Shown piece by piece: positions 26,441 to 39,300 of a DNA stretch of 64,000 bases. A program made the translations under genes and the position numbers. The stretch comes from Fistulifera solaris (taxonomy: Eukaryota). Location: the NCBI GenBank assembly GCA_030295235.1, contig AP026155.1:124001-188000 (forward strand), read 5' to 3'. Numbering within the stretch: the first letter of the stretch is position 1; every line of letters begins with the position of its first letter. The notes below the pieces were generated by a model that was given only the letters and a program-made list of their open reading frames with translations, did not search any database and was not told the origin of the DNA.

Positions 26441-27361
26441 ATGTCACTGGTGCTCACGCATCAATTGCATTTAATCATTCTTGACACGTTAATTTAAGTG
26501 CGTGATAGATTCCACATGACTGTAAACACGATTCAATGTGCTTATGCGCCTGTATTTTATTTTCAATGAGCTCACGGAACAATAATCGACAAGTCGTCTA
26601 ATACAAGGAAGACACAACCCTTGGTCTAAAAGTGATATAATTATTTACTCTGGCTGCATGAGAACGCTCCGGCCTTTATCCCATTCAATGAAGACTTTTC
26701 CTTTCTGTTGCTTTCGTTCGAGACATATCAAATCGTTTATCATACTTGATGGTCGCGTCTAAGTTCGTGTTGCTCCACCGGAACCCAATCGCGTCCAATC
26801 GCTGTTTTCTATCGTCTGTCATACGAGACTAGGACGGTGCACGATGAATGATCCAATCGTGCGAACAAATAGAATATATTTCGGAACTATCCATGGTCCC
26901 GGGTATTAAAACATTTTGACTCCTCCTCGGTCCTCGGTCCTCGGGTAAGGTTCGGTGTATTGGCATCGCGTGCCCTTGTATGGAACGATCTTGGACTCGA
27001 TTTACATGTTGGTCGACGAACAAAATTTCTGCTCCATTAAATCCACAATATTTTGAAAATGTATTTAGGGAATCAATCTCGGAACGGACAAAACTTGGCA
27101 CGTTTTAAATTGTTTCCTAGCCCATGATCTTTAATTCCAAATACACTTATCTGAGTAGTATACACGAAACTGTAATCGGGAGAAGGCGCTTCTCTTTATG
27201 CTTATGCGGCCTCTCGGCGGGTCTTTTTGCATATGTCGACAGGGTGCAAGGGCGCTCGAGTGCAAGTGTACAAAGTATATCATTCCTTGACTATTCATTC
27301 TTTCTTCTCTTTTTATTATTTTTTGTTCTTTCTCGCGCACCGAGAAATAAGCAATAACAAG

Positions 27362-30081
27362 ATGATAGTTCGAGCGATTTATACCGTCTCTCTGCTAGCG
27401 CTGGCATCCGGTACGGACGTAAGACGAAGACGGCGCGTCTCATTTTTGGATGTCGATCCGCATGTGGGTGAAGTCCTTCACCACCAACAGGATATGTTTC
27501 TCGTAATCGAAGAAAGACAACAATTTTTAGAACTGTTTCAGTCGAATTCGTTGGGTAGTTTTTCCATGCCCACCGTCACGAAAGCACCAGCTGTAATTGC
27601 ACCGACTCCTCCCATCGTTGTACCGGTACCGGTACCCACCGTCCCTTCTTCTCCTACTCCTACCCCGTTGACTCCTTCCGTAATTGCGCCATCCGTTCCT
27701 TCTCCGGTAACCGAGCCGGCAGCTCCGACGATCATGGCGCCCTCGGTGCCTTCCGTGCCGACTCCGGATACTACGCCTACCGTCCCTACTACTCCGGTAG
27801 CAATCCCTACCGTTCCGTCCGTTATCATCACTCCAGCGGCTCCTTCGGTGATTGCACCGACAACACCTTCCGTGCCGACGCCAGATATTACGCCTACCGT
27901 TCCTTCGGTGGTACTCCCAACACCGGTAGCCGCACCCACAGTTCCTTCTCCCGTTATAACACCGACAACTATAGCGCCTTCGGTAATTGCACCAACAACT
28001 CTAGCGCCTTCGGTAATTGCACCAACAACTCTAGCGCCTTCGGTAGTTGCACCAACAACGCCCTTAGCTCCTTCGGTAGTTGCACCAACAACGCCTTCGG
28101 TAATTGCACCGACAGCTCCTTCGGGTGTGATGCCCACCGTTCCTACTTCTCCTGCCATACCGACTATTGTCGTTCCGGTGACCGGATCGCCGGTGGTTTC
28201 ACGCACAGCTGCGCCCAGCGCCGTTCATTCCGATATCCATTCGCTAGTACCCAGTGGAAGTGGTAGTTCCGACGTACCCAATGCCAGCATCGAAACTCCG
28301 GTACCCAGTACCAGCACTGGATCGCTCGTACCGGGTACCTCCGATGCTCCCGTTCAAGAACGCACCGAAGAACCCGTGGCGTGCCCTACTTCCCGTCAAG
28401 AAGCCTTGTTACAGACACTCAATGGAACTACCAGCACGGTGTTACTGCTCAACGCATCCTCACCCCAAGGACAAGCCTTTGCGTGGTTGTTGAACAATGA
28501 TACCACCTACAGTCCCTGCGCGGAAAATATTCCGCAACGGTACGCACTGGCCGTGTTGAATTATGGATGGCAAAACTTTGCGACCAAAAACAATACGGGG
28601 TGGTTGTCGGCGTCTTCGGAATGTGAATGGCAGTTTGTCGAGTGTGATCCCAGTTCGCGGGTTGTGGTGGAATTGGTATTCAGTAAGTCCCACTGCGATG
28701 ACATTTCCGTGCAAATGATCATGAAACGAAGGCACGGAACTGAATTGAACTGACCTGAACTAACCTTGTTGCTTTTTTTCTTCTTCATTTGCAGATAACT
28801 TGGGCGTATCGGGAACGATTCCTCCAGAAATCACCGTGTTATCCAGTTTGCGTACACTGTATCTGTTTGGTAACAATCTCATTGGCGCTTTCCCATCGGA
28901 ATTCGGTACGATGCGGGAGCTCACGGAACTCGATGTGGAAGAAAACTCGTTACAGGGCAATCCATGGGCTGTACTGAATCCATTGACCAATTTGCGACGT
29001 TTGCGATTGAGTTCAAACATGTTCACCGGTACCCTTCCGAACACGATTGGTGATATGGTGGAGTTGCGTGAACTGTGGGTCGCCGACAATATGTTTATGG
29101 GAACGCTGCCGACGCAACTGGCTCTCTTGTCTTCTCTTCGTAAGTGTATAAAGTGTGGCACTCACTTCGAATTCCATCATTCAAAGACTCACAAGAGTCA
29201 TCTTTACCCATTTGTTTCTTTCATTGCAGAGTCGCTCATTGTATTTGAAAATAGCTTTACTGGAACATTACCGAAGGAGCTGGCCAGCTTAGATCTTCTT
29301 GAACTCCGTGCTAACCAAAACCAGCTCACTGGAACTATACCGGCGGAAATAACGCAGAACAGCACGATGCAATTCTTGAGACTGGATAGTAATCAGTTTA
29401 CTGGTACCATCCCCTCAACAATCGGCGATATGACGGGATTAGTGGATCTTCGTCTGAATAACAATACCCTGACGGGTCCCATTCCTTTCACATTTTACGG
29501 TCTCAACCAACTGCGTAAGTCCCCGGTTTTACGTTTGCAGTCATCAAAGATGTATTCTGTTGATACTCACAAGCCATACAATCACAGTTGTGGTGGACCT
29601 CAGTTTTAATGCTCTGACTGGTTCTATTCGTGACTCTTTCAGCTTGTTTGAACAGCTCACACACTTTGACGTGTCAAACAATCAATTAACTGGTGTCATT
29701 CCAGCGTCTTTGTTCGACGTCCCCACGATTCGGTTGCTGTACTTAGCCCGTAACCAGCTTTTCGGCCCCATTCCGAGCAACTACGGTTCCGCCATGTCAT
29801 TACGCGATCTGTATCTACAAGGCAATCAATTGCAAGGTAGCGTACCTCCCATTTCGGCTGGGGGTCTAGCTTCCCTAACGGAATTTTTACTGCATGACAA
29901 CAATATTGAAGGGCAAATGCCGGCTTCCATCTGTGCCTTGCTTTCAACGCGGGCATTAGAAGATTTATGGGCCGATTGCGATGTGGGGGGTCTCATTGAG
30001 TGTTCTTGTTGCACTCAATGCAGCAATTTCCCCGCTGTAACTTATGAAACAGAGAGATACGGAATGCCAGGTTTAATTTGA
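27362..30081 (+). CDS. Secreted leucine-rich repeat protein with a Pro/Thr/Ser/Val mucin-like stalk
   Basis: Signal peptide, PT-rich repeats, an SPQGQAFAWL...QRYALAVL...ECEW cap and plant-type LxxLxLxxNxLxGxIP repeats. Introns near 28683, 29139 and 29515. Confidence 0.9.
27961..28125 (+). repeat. 30-bp coding minisatellite (TTLAPSVIAP)
   Basis: accaacaactctagcgccttcggtaattgc repeated about five times. Confidence 0.9.
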
Positions 30082-30336
30082 TGTTAAAGTAGAGATTATT
30101 ATTATTACTCCTTTCGCCTCCTTCTTGTGCAACAATGTTAATCCTTAATAGTTAACCCATTGCTAAGAGGAGCTACATCGACATAATAATAGGGACCAAT
30201 GTGGGCCGTACCGATCAGCAATGAGAGCAAATCCTTGGAGAGAAAGCCAAGAACGTGGAGTATCTCAAGCTATTCTATCATCTATCATTATCGGGTAGGA
30301 AAGTCAGTGTCCCCGAACTGTTTGGTATTGTCTACG

Positions 30337-32080
30337 TCAATGATGAAATGATTCCTGATAGCTCATTGACTCTGTATCATTGAAATCGTTGCCTAGCATC
30401 ACAGCTCGGGGCACTCGGCTACTGCTTCCACTCGGAGACGTTCCGTCCGTATCACTTGTTCTGCTCCGATCACTTGCATAGCGTCGTACCGCTCGAACGG
30501 GCTCGCGGTTTCCCGGAGATGTTTGGTACGAACTGCCATGTTTTTCTAAATCCATCGAGTTTTGCATTCGCATGTTCGGTGTCCGGGTCAAAACACGTCG
30601 TTGCGCCGAAGGTGTCTGCACTTCAGGTGGAGTCTCGATATCATTGCCCATAAGAGATCTCCTGCGAACAAAGACGGGGTTTCCGGAGGGACTAGCATGA
30701 GTGTCGGACGGGTCTGCCAAACGTATGACATTTTGTTGTCTGTCGGATGGAAGGACGCGACCAACGTTTTCCTTCATCGTCGCCGTGGACGATGTACCCG
30801 GTGACAAAAATATTGGAGCAGGTGAAAGCTGACGCATCGACGAGTTGATTCCTGATCTGCTACTGGTGGCTTGTGAATGGTCATCACGAGTAATCATCAT
30901 TCTCCTTCGACTTCCATCCGACCCAGCAGAAGACAGTACCGAACCACGCGAATTGGGTAGTCCCAAAGAAGCAGACTCAGATTGTGGTGTACTTGGTTCG
31001 TATAATGACCGCGAACGAGGTGGAATCCGGAAACTGCCGCTACGCTCCGAACCATGTCGGGATAAGCCAAATCTTTCTTCGATACGAGCAATGCTCTCTA
31101 CAATGCGCTGATGCTCTTCTACTTGCCGTGAAACACCCATAATGGAGAATGCCTGTATCAATGTATTTCGCTCCATTCTCAAAGTTTTACACTCGTTTTG
31201 AAGTTTTCGTATTTCTTCGTTCATTGTGGCGTTTTCGGCGGTGAGAGTTTGAATGGTTTTCTCGTGGTGGGCTTTTTGCTTGGTATCTACATCACTGGAG
31301 TCTCGTCTCAACAGATCCAAAGCAATCTGCTGGAAATCAATCCGATGAGAGTCTAACCGCAAATCGACTTCGACCATGGGACCGAAGGCTTCAAGCAAGA
31401 CGCGCGCCGACTCGGATGAAATCGGATTGCGTTCCAAAGACACGACATCCAATACACTGATAATTTTCTCCACTAGCGCCAAATCGGCAATACAACTGGC
31501 ATCTTCAATTTGATTCCCATTCAACTCGAGCCATTCCAAGGGCGGACGAGCACTTTTCAGTGCCGCAACGACCGCTTTGACTCCATTGTCGCGCAAGCCC
31601 ACGTCCCGCAACTTGAGGGTGCGCAATTGCCCCAACTGTCGTAGCGCACCACACAAACCGTCGTCTCCCAATTCACTGACACGAATCATCGAACCATCCA
31701 GTATGAGATGACGCAGGTTCAACGACTGCGTCATTTTCAATCCGGCCCATGGCAACGTCCCCGCAGCCCACCGGAACGATAACAACTGGGTACATTTGGC
31801 AACAAAGTCACACGCTTCCATGGCCGATTCTTCTCCTGGGGAGCGCACGAACACCAAATACAAGTCTTCTAATGTATTAACGGGAACGTAGGTCGTGAAT
31901 TCCTTCATACTGCGTGTATCCATCGAAACGTGATCGAGCAACAATTTGCGGATACATTGACAATGTCCAACATAGCGCCAAATGCTCGGTTGTAACGTAT
32001 TTTGACTCAAATTGAGAACTTCCACTGGACTCGTAGTTTTGAGTAATAAGGACGAGAGCAATATTTCCAAAGACTCGGCA

Positions 32081-32111
<31 letters not shown>

Positions 32112-32409
32112 CTTCCGACGTATGAATATCCTTCAACGACAATTGCACGACGGATGCTGCAAATTGCGACAAAAACGCGGCCAAACTGAGTGCCGCATCG
32201 CGATCCCGGAAGCGTACATGGACGACCTTCAAACGATCCGGTTGAATGTCGAGTTCTTGTTCAATGAAATGCGCCGCCGCCCAATTCACACATTCGGCAT
32301 CAACGAAGCGGGGCAATCGGACGGAAATTGTGTTGTCGTGACGATCGATCGTTACGACATCGACATCGGCGCTGCCTTCAATCGCCAGAGTTACAGTTCG
32401 TGATGTCAT
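30337..32409 (-). CDS. RNI-like LRR protein with coiled coil and Ser/Arg-rich disordered tail
   Basis: Intact 690-aa ORF; VLNLSQN, LRTLKLRDVGLRDNGV and LEWLELNGNQI repeats. Confidence 0.78.
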
Positions 32410-32851
32410 TGCAAATAGATGATTGTGCTTGAATTTCTATTGAAATGATATATATTCGTCTGTAACGATACAAGATCTTTTCATCATTGAGAATGATCTT
32501 TGAAGAAGTAGCAACGAGCGAGGTATGCTCGTTTGCATGATGTATCCACCCCGCTTCTTGTTTTTGTGTCTTGCTTGATCTTGGCGTATCGAGTAAGAAG
32601 TAGCTTCGGACAGAAATGTCGTTTTGTACTTAATTTAACTCTTGGCAAGTGACATGATGTCGCACGAAATATCAGTTTAGAGTACAGAAGGACCATCGAT
32701 GGACATTTTGGCAACGGGCAACTGGCAACCCACGACCCCGAATGCAGTTCCCGTGAACCTACCTTTTGTTTGAGCATTCGTTCAAATGTGGTGTCATGTA
32801 TTTTAAGATCTATCTTGTTATTATTTAGCTTGCTAAAGTGCCTAACTACTT

Positions 32852-34201
32852 CTAACAATCCTCGTCCTCCAGATCATCGTAATCGGGAACTAGCATACTG
32901 GTGGTGGGCGCTTTGTGAAAGAATTCGCGCTGAATCGCGCGCACGTCTTCCATTACCGCCAACATGGCAAATCGGGCAATGCAGTGCTTCCATCGTGCCA
33001 TGACACTTTGTGCTAAATCATCACTGGGAGCTTCCAACACCAACAGTTCGGCAGTCTCGGCCGTTCGTAGGGTCCAGCAACGACGCGGTCGGGCGTACGG
33101 GTACTGATGAGAACGCACTTGCAACGCAACAATCCGACAAATATTCAACAACCGCAAACGCCGTGGTCGACTCTCGTTCGGTTTCTTCCACATCAGCGAA
33201 GGTTCCAACATGTAGGGATCATGATGAAGGATTGTGCCTTTTTCGAGCCAGGCACGAATCACTACGGGATGCCCACCGTCGGAGGGGTGTAGCTTTAAAT
33301 CCCAAGTCATATTGAAAGATTCTTGTACAATTGCCGAAACATCCATATTGTTATGGAGGGACTGTTCGGTCGACATGCCATTTTCCATGATAACAGGTGT
33401 ATCGTTAAAAACGAACGACGCGGTGAAACACACGTCTTCGGGGTCACTATCGTACCCCAACTCAATTTTGGAAGGAGAAGCTTCTGGATTTAAAACTGAT
33501 TGTTGACGCAGCACGTTAATATCAAACGATCGTGTCTGCAAAACGGAGATGGGCGATGCACGGTGTATAATATCTCCTCGCGCTTCTCGCAAGCGCCGCA
33601 CTTTTCTAGCGCGTTGACGAAAGGTACGATGCTGTGGACGTTGCGGCCTTGCATCTTGCTGCTGGTGCGTCACAAGAGAATAACAAAAACACCCGTTCCA
33701 GAGGTATTGCAGTTCGGGAGTTGAAGGTTGCGTCACACAAGCGAGTATATCAAAGACATCGGATTGCACTTGCTCGGATAAATTATCTTCTTCCGCCGAG
33801 GATGAAGGTGATATGGAAGGAGAAAGCTGTAAATCAGGTACGTCACTTTTGTCGTGTTCCCTCGACTGTGTAAAGCAAAAGGACTCCATGAACTTCTCCG
33901 TCACTCGATCGAGCATTGAGTGTTTCGGAGTAATGGCGTTATTCGTTTTAAAGCAAGGCCGACAGAGAGGATGAGAAGGAGGAGTTGGAGGGCGTTCGTC
34001 GTTTATCACTACGACTCTGGTATTATTATGTAGGAGTTCCTCTTCTTCTTCGTCTTCTTCGTCTTCGTCAGCCATGTTGAGTAACGACGTGTGCGTGTTG
34101 ATTGTGATTCTCGATGTTTCCACGCAACCACTTTCGTCGGCGTCTTGCGTAAAAAGTATTCCTTCGCTACTCCTCATTCTCCCCACTTCTTCCTCGCTCA
34201 T
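32852..34201 (-). CDS. Hypothetical protein, C-terminus possibly PH-like
   Basis: Long intact ORF with a globular C-terminal block (LRLLNICRI...YPYARPRRCWTLRT...LVLEAPS...RWK). Confidence 0.6.
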   Translation of the reverse strand: MSEEEVGRMRSSEGILFTQDADESGCVETSRITINTHTSLLNMADEDEEDEEEEELLHNNTRVVVINDERPPTPPSHPLCRPCFKTNNAITPKHSMLDRVTEKFMESFCFTQSREHDKSDVPDLQLSPSISPSSSAEEDNLSEQVQSDVFDILACVTQPSTPELQYLWNGCFCYSLVTHQQQDARPQRPQHRTFRQRARKVRRLREARGDIIHRASPISVLQTRSFDINVLRQQSVLNPEASPSKIELGYDSDPEDVCFTASFVFNDTPVIMENGMSTEQSLHNNMDVSAIVQESFNMTWDLKLHPSDGGHPVVIRAWLEKGTILHHDPYMLEPSLMWKKPNESRPRRLRLLNICRIVALQVRSHQYPYARPRRCWTLRTAETAELLVLEAPSDDLAQSVMARWKHCIARFAMLAVMEDVRAIQREFFHKAPTTSMLVPDYDDLEDEDC

Positions 34202-34798
34202 TGGAAGAATCTCCCTTCGCTCCCTTTCAAACAAACATGAATACCAGGTAGATACAATAATGAAACCCCTCGTCGTCGTCTTTCCACCCACAAACGATTG
34301 CGCGGTTCGGAATTTCCATCCACGAAACAGAGCGGCTGGCGTTCTAAATTTTCGTCCACGTTCTAACGAAAAGTGATAGGTCCCGTTTGTCTATGTGTGA
34401 CGACGTCGACTCTGTAAGTATATGGCTCACTACTATTTATTTTGTACCTTTCAAAACTGGCTGGCTCGCACAGCGCGCGCTTGACGTCAGGACTTCATGC
34501 CGAAAAATTGCTAAGGGGCAATGCTTCAATAAAGTTGGAGCCGAACGGTAATGTTGCCAGTCGGCGGGAGGAAAAGCTCTTGAATAGTCAAAAACTAGGA
34601 ATGACATGAGCAAATTTGACAAGATCTTCGTTTACCCCGCTCAATGAACTCAAATAAGAGGAGCGGAGTTCAACGGCAAGAACCCATATACTATGTAATA
34701 TAACTTTAAAAAAATACTAACTTGATCAATAGACCCACTTCTACATAGGTACTGGTCACGTAAAGGAACCTGATTTTTTGAATTCATTTTAGATAACT

Positions 34799-35772
34799 TT
34801 ACGGACTTGCCGCATGGAGCGAGTTGGCTGTAACCGTCCCACTCGTGAATACGGAGGCAACCATCGATAGGATGGCTCCCAAGCGACACAGCTGAAACTG
34901 TAGATCGATATCTTTTTTCTGTACCGTAAGCTTCTTGTCAACGGACCACTTTTGCAGTGTATCCGCACACGCGAATAATGCCCATGAAATGACCGCGCCA
35001 AACAAAGGTGCTTGGCGCGCGAACGTACAAATCAGTCCCAAAACGCTAGCTAGAATAGCCGATCCGTGGCCTAGCCAGCGAAGTATTGCCACTGCCAACG
35101 CTTCATGCTCTTTCTTTTCCTAGGATTTCGAAACAAAACAGCGTAGACGCTACCATTCCAGTTGAGAAGGGATGCCGCGCACATCCAGCCAAAATGCAGG
35201 GATAGAGGTAGCCCAAATAACAAATAAGCACCAGCACTTAAAGGTCGCGATAGACTGTACGCCCTGTGGGCGCGACTCAAGGCATAAGCCGTCATAGTTA
35301 AGAAAAGTGGAGCGATAAAGGCAGTGGATGTATTTGCCATGTACTTTTTCCGAAAAGCCGCCGTCCACAGAATTTGACATATTTGAGCGACCATAAACGC
35401 AGGCCATACTTTGGACAAGGAAAGAGCCGTTCGGGATCTCGATTTCACAAAAAGTGCTCCTACTGAGGACATCAATTCACCCGCAAAGATCGGTCCCCAG
35501 ATCGCAAAGGCCCAACCGGCTGGAAACACCAAGGGTCGCACTCTGGGGTTCGGTAACTTGCTGAGATTCGTAGACTCCCCATCGAGACGACCGGTTCGAG
35601 AAGTTGCAACCAAATTGAGAAGAAAGAGTAAAGCATTGCTGGTTTTTAAAACAGACCAGGGAATGCGGCCAGACAAACAGGCCTGCTCGAATGCCGGCAA
35701 GACGGAAACAGCGGCGGCGCCGGCCGAAACGACAAGAGCCGGGTTGTTCAACACTTCTAGAGCAGCAGTCAT
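34799..35772 (-). CDS. Multi-pass membrane protein, TspO/MBR-related
   Basis: PAGWAFAIWGPIF and LHFGWMCAASLLN motifs with several TM helices. Frameshift near 35115. Confidence 0.68.
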
Positions 35773-36094
35773 TGATACTAGAAAAATACACGCTTCGTTG
35801 GTTTCCTTGGTGAGGAAATAATGCAGACAACAAAATGTTGATGAGTTGATGGGGAAAAATGACGTTGTTGTTTCTTTTGTCGGCATGTGGGAGTTCACGC
35901 CAGGTTAGCGTTCGGGATACCAAAAACGAAAACCCGCAAAAAGTAGCCGCGAGAAGGATTGGAGCCTCTAGTGGGCGTGCAAAATGCAACTTATTCTGCT
36001 GAGCGCAATAGAGATCGTATCAAAGACTTCAATAACGTGCTTGCAGGACGCTCCATGGTTCGAATGATATCTGCGGCTTGGGAAAATTACCATG

Positions 36095-36119
36095 ATTCAT
36101 GACTGAAATGCAGTCGTGG
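36095..36119 (+). promoter_or_regulatory. Palindromic motif copy 3
   Basis: attcatgactgaaatgcagtcgtgg, upstream of the TspO-like gene. Confidence 0.55.
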
Positions 36120-36390
36120 TTAAGTTGAGCCTACACTCTAGTTGATAGTGAATCCGAACGACAAATTATCCGCCGGCATGGATCGGCATGCAAAAGTTGC
36201 TGAGCGCAATCAACAGTCTAACAATGACAAAAAAGTGCTATCGTCCGATGTTCTACTCACCGTAAGTCTGAAATAATGAGTTAACGACCAAGAGCACAGC
36301 ACGGAAATACAGAGTTTTCCCCAGAGAATTGCCGAGAACTAGATTACAGTTCAGCCGAAAAGAATATATTGCCATCTATATAAAATAAAT

Positions 36391-39300
36391 TTTTTTTTTT
36401 TTTAATTCACATATATATTTTATTCCTAATTTTTTAATCGTCAGAATCTAATCTTGACATTCGACTGAATTTTCCACTTTTCATTCACATATATTTCAGT
36501 CTGACACTTCTCTGAGTAAACTTTGGTTCTAACTCCCTAGCCTTAGTGCGCTAGTAGAGGGCCAGTCCCGAGCCCGTTTCCCAATGAGGGGGATTCCGTT
36601 TTGGCATTCCTTCTCTTGGATTTCGCAGAAGCATACTAACTGACCTGACCAGGGAAAGACTCATGCGCGCCCGGATGAAGCCACAGATCTCGGAGTATGG
36701 CTTGTTCCACTTCCGCTGAAGTTTTCTTGCAAGCTGTCTCGATGCTGAAATAGCCTGTTGTCCCATCATTCCGTCAATGGAAAAGACCAGGGGAGTGAAG
36801 TCTCGTCTGCGTTCGTGGCAAGGGGGTCCGTACATGCTACGCTTTTCACGCTCTTGAGAAGCCAGAACCTTAATCGGGTCACGGTTTCTGTATGACGGTG
36901 CGTCGGTATCAGTAACTCGGACATCGAAAATGGTCGTTCGTCTCTCATTCCAAAAGCCATAGGCCGAAACATCTCCTCGAGGCTCTTGAACCTGTGTACT
37001 GTTGTTGCTGTTGCCAAATGTGTGAATGGTAGGCTCATCAGCGAACAGATTTGGGTCCAAAGGCTTGCGTGCAAAGAGACATGAATTCCGCTTTCAGATC
37101 GTCGTGTCTCTGGATAACAAGTCCACCGTTTTTGCATTGTTGTGCATGTTCGACTGTAAACGGTTTATTGCATCCATCACACTTCTTGGGGAGATCAAGA
37201 ATTGGGAGTCCTCAGCGAATTAAGTAGACTGTCACGGAATTCGTCTTTTGAGAGTTCGGTGTCCGTGAATGTCTGTGGGCACCGAGAGCCAAATTCCTGT
37301 CGATTTTGCTCGAAGAAGTCTTCGCCTTTCATCTGGTCTTCCAATACAGATTTCGTCAAGCGTTTGAATTTCGTTTTGAAATCGGATTTTTGCGGCACTG
37401 TTTTTCTCTACTGTGGCATGTGAAAGATGCTCTCCAACGTTTAATTCTGTGTTGCTGTATAAACTGTTTGAGATGAGTTTCGTGATGTCTTGTGAGGTAG
37501 AGAAGTTGTGTTCGCATGTCTTTACCGGGTTCCAAATGCCAATCCCCGCTGCCTTTGTGCTGAGAGAGAGAATTTCCGCAAGTCACCCGTGATCGGCTGA
37601 TCTTCGCCAAGTAGTGCCGGGAGGAATTTCTTCTGGATGCATTTCTCAAGGGGTGCAAAGAGATGAGATATTCCAGGAATGACTCGTTGGACGTATTGCC
37701 ATTCCATTTGGAGTGACCGACAAAATCCTGAATAGGGCGGCTTGGGGGTATCTTTTGGCGACTTCGGAAAGTGTCGTCAGAGTGCTTACCCATTCGTTGA
37801 TTTTTGCCGTAACCCACTTGTCGCGTTCGACTGATGAGCCAATAAATCCTCCCAAGTATCGATGTCCGCGTGTACTGAAACCCATATTTCTCGAGAATGA
37901 GCTTGCAGCTTTGTTTGTCGGATTTACGGCATACAACAATACTCTTTCGGGTTCTGGGAAGTAACCGCGATCTGGACCAAGTTGCATAAGAATTTGCATT
38001 GCCTTGTCAATACTGGACGCTTTACCTGCAAATGCTGCATCGTCGGCGTAGAAAGGTGATACAATGTCATCGACTTCGGTGCGAATGGTTTGGGTAATTG
38101 GAGCAAGAGCTAGTCCATAAAGGATCATGCTCAAGGGGTCTCCTTGAGCAACTCCTTCTCTGCTTTGGATCGTCATGGCAAATTCATTTTGTTTCCGAAT
38201 GAAGAGAGTTGAAGCATGGCGATAGCAATTGAATGCAAATCGAGATCCTTGTGGCCAAAGATGGCGGACAGTCCAGAGAAGTGAAAGTCGGCTGATTTCA
38301 TTAAATGCATTTCGTGCATCAACCAAAAGCATTAATTCAGGGTCGGATACAAATTCTTCAATTAGATCGTCATCAAGGAAATCATCATAATCATAAATCT
38401 CTTCTGTATCTTCAACTTCCATTTGAACTTCTAGTGCTGTAGGCCTTCCAAGTGAGTGATTTGTTTTTCTGCTGTTGCTTGGCGCGCCTTGATGTATTTC
38501 TGGTGCATTGCATGAACCGCCTTCCATTCCGGACGGTAACCCCACGCAAAGATTAAGATTTCCACAAACAACGGTCGCGGTGTATCCTGTGACTTTAAGA
38601 ACCGTTTTACCCATAAGTCTTCGGAAGATTTCGCCAACCGCAACAGGCCGAATTCCTGGCTTTTTGTCTAGAGCAATCAATCTAGCATTCATCAGAGCCC
38701 GAATAGCTGCATATGGTGGATTACCATTAGAAATCCATTCCGTCCATTCTGCCATTTCTTTTCTGAGAGCGTAGGATGCTTTGCCATGAGCAAGAAGCCA
38801 ATTCTTGAATGTGACAGAATCAATCCCGCTTGGTCCTCCACTTCCGTGTAGCTTGGTAGCCGTTGTTTCAATGGCATCTGATGAGATTCGGGCGGTATCA
38901 CTGGTGGGAGGTTGTCATGGTGTTCAAAAGCACTGTGCCCCCCGGGTCGATCAAGGTCAGGGACTCGCATCTCAGGGTGTTTTTCTTCTAACACGTCTAT
39001 GACTTTGCGTCCTGTTTTTTCATCGATTTCATCAGGGTCAAGTACACCGCCTTTTTGATGGGTAGTTTTGAGCTGTTGCATTGCTTCTTTTGTTCTTCCT
39101 GACTTTAATGTGAGGTCGAATTGTCGTGCCAGCTCTTCCATAGATTCTTTATGCGCTTCCGGGGAGCGCAAAGTGTCCGTAAACAGTGCTTCGAAATGTT
39201 CGTTTGCCCACATGTCCATTCGGTCATTGAGCCTGTTCGTGATGTTCCTATGTCCCTTGACTGTTGGGCATCGTTCCAGGATGACAATGCAGAAGACAAT

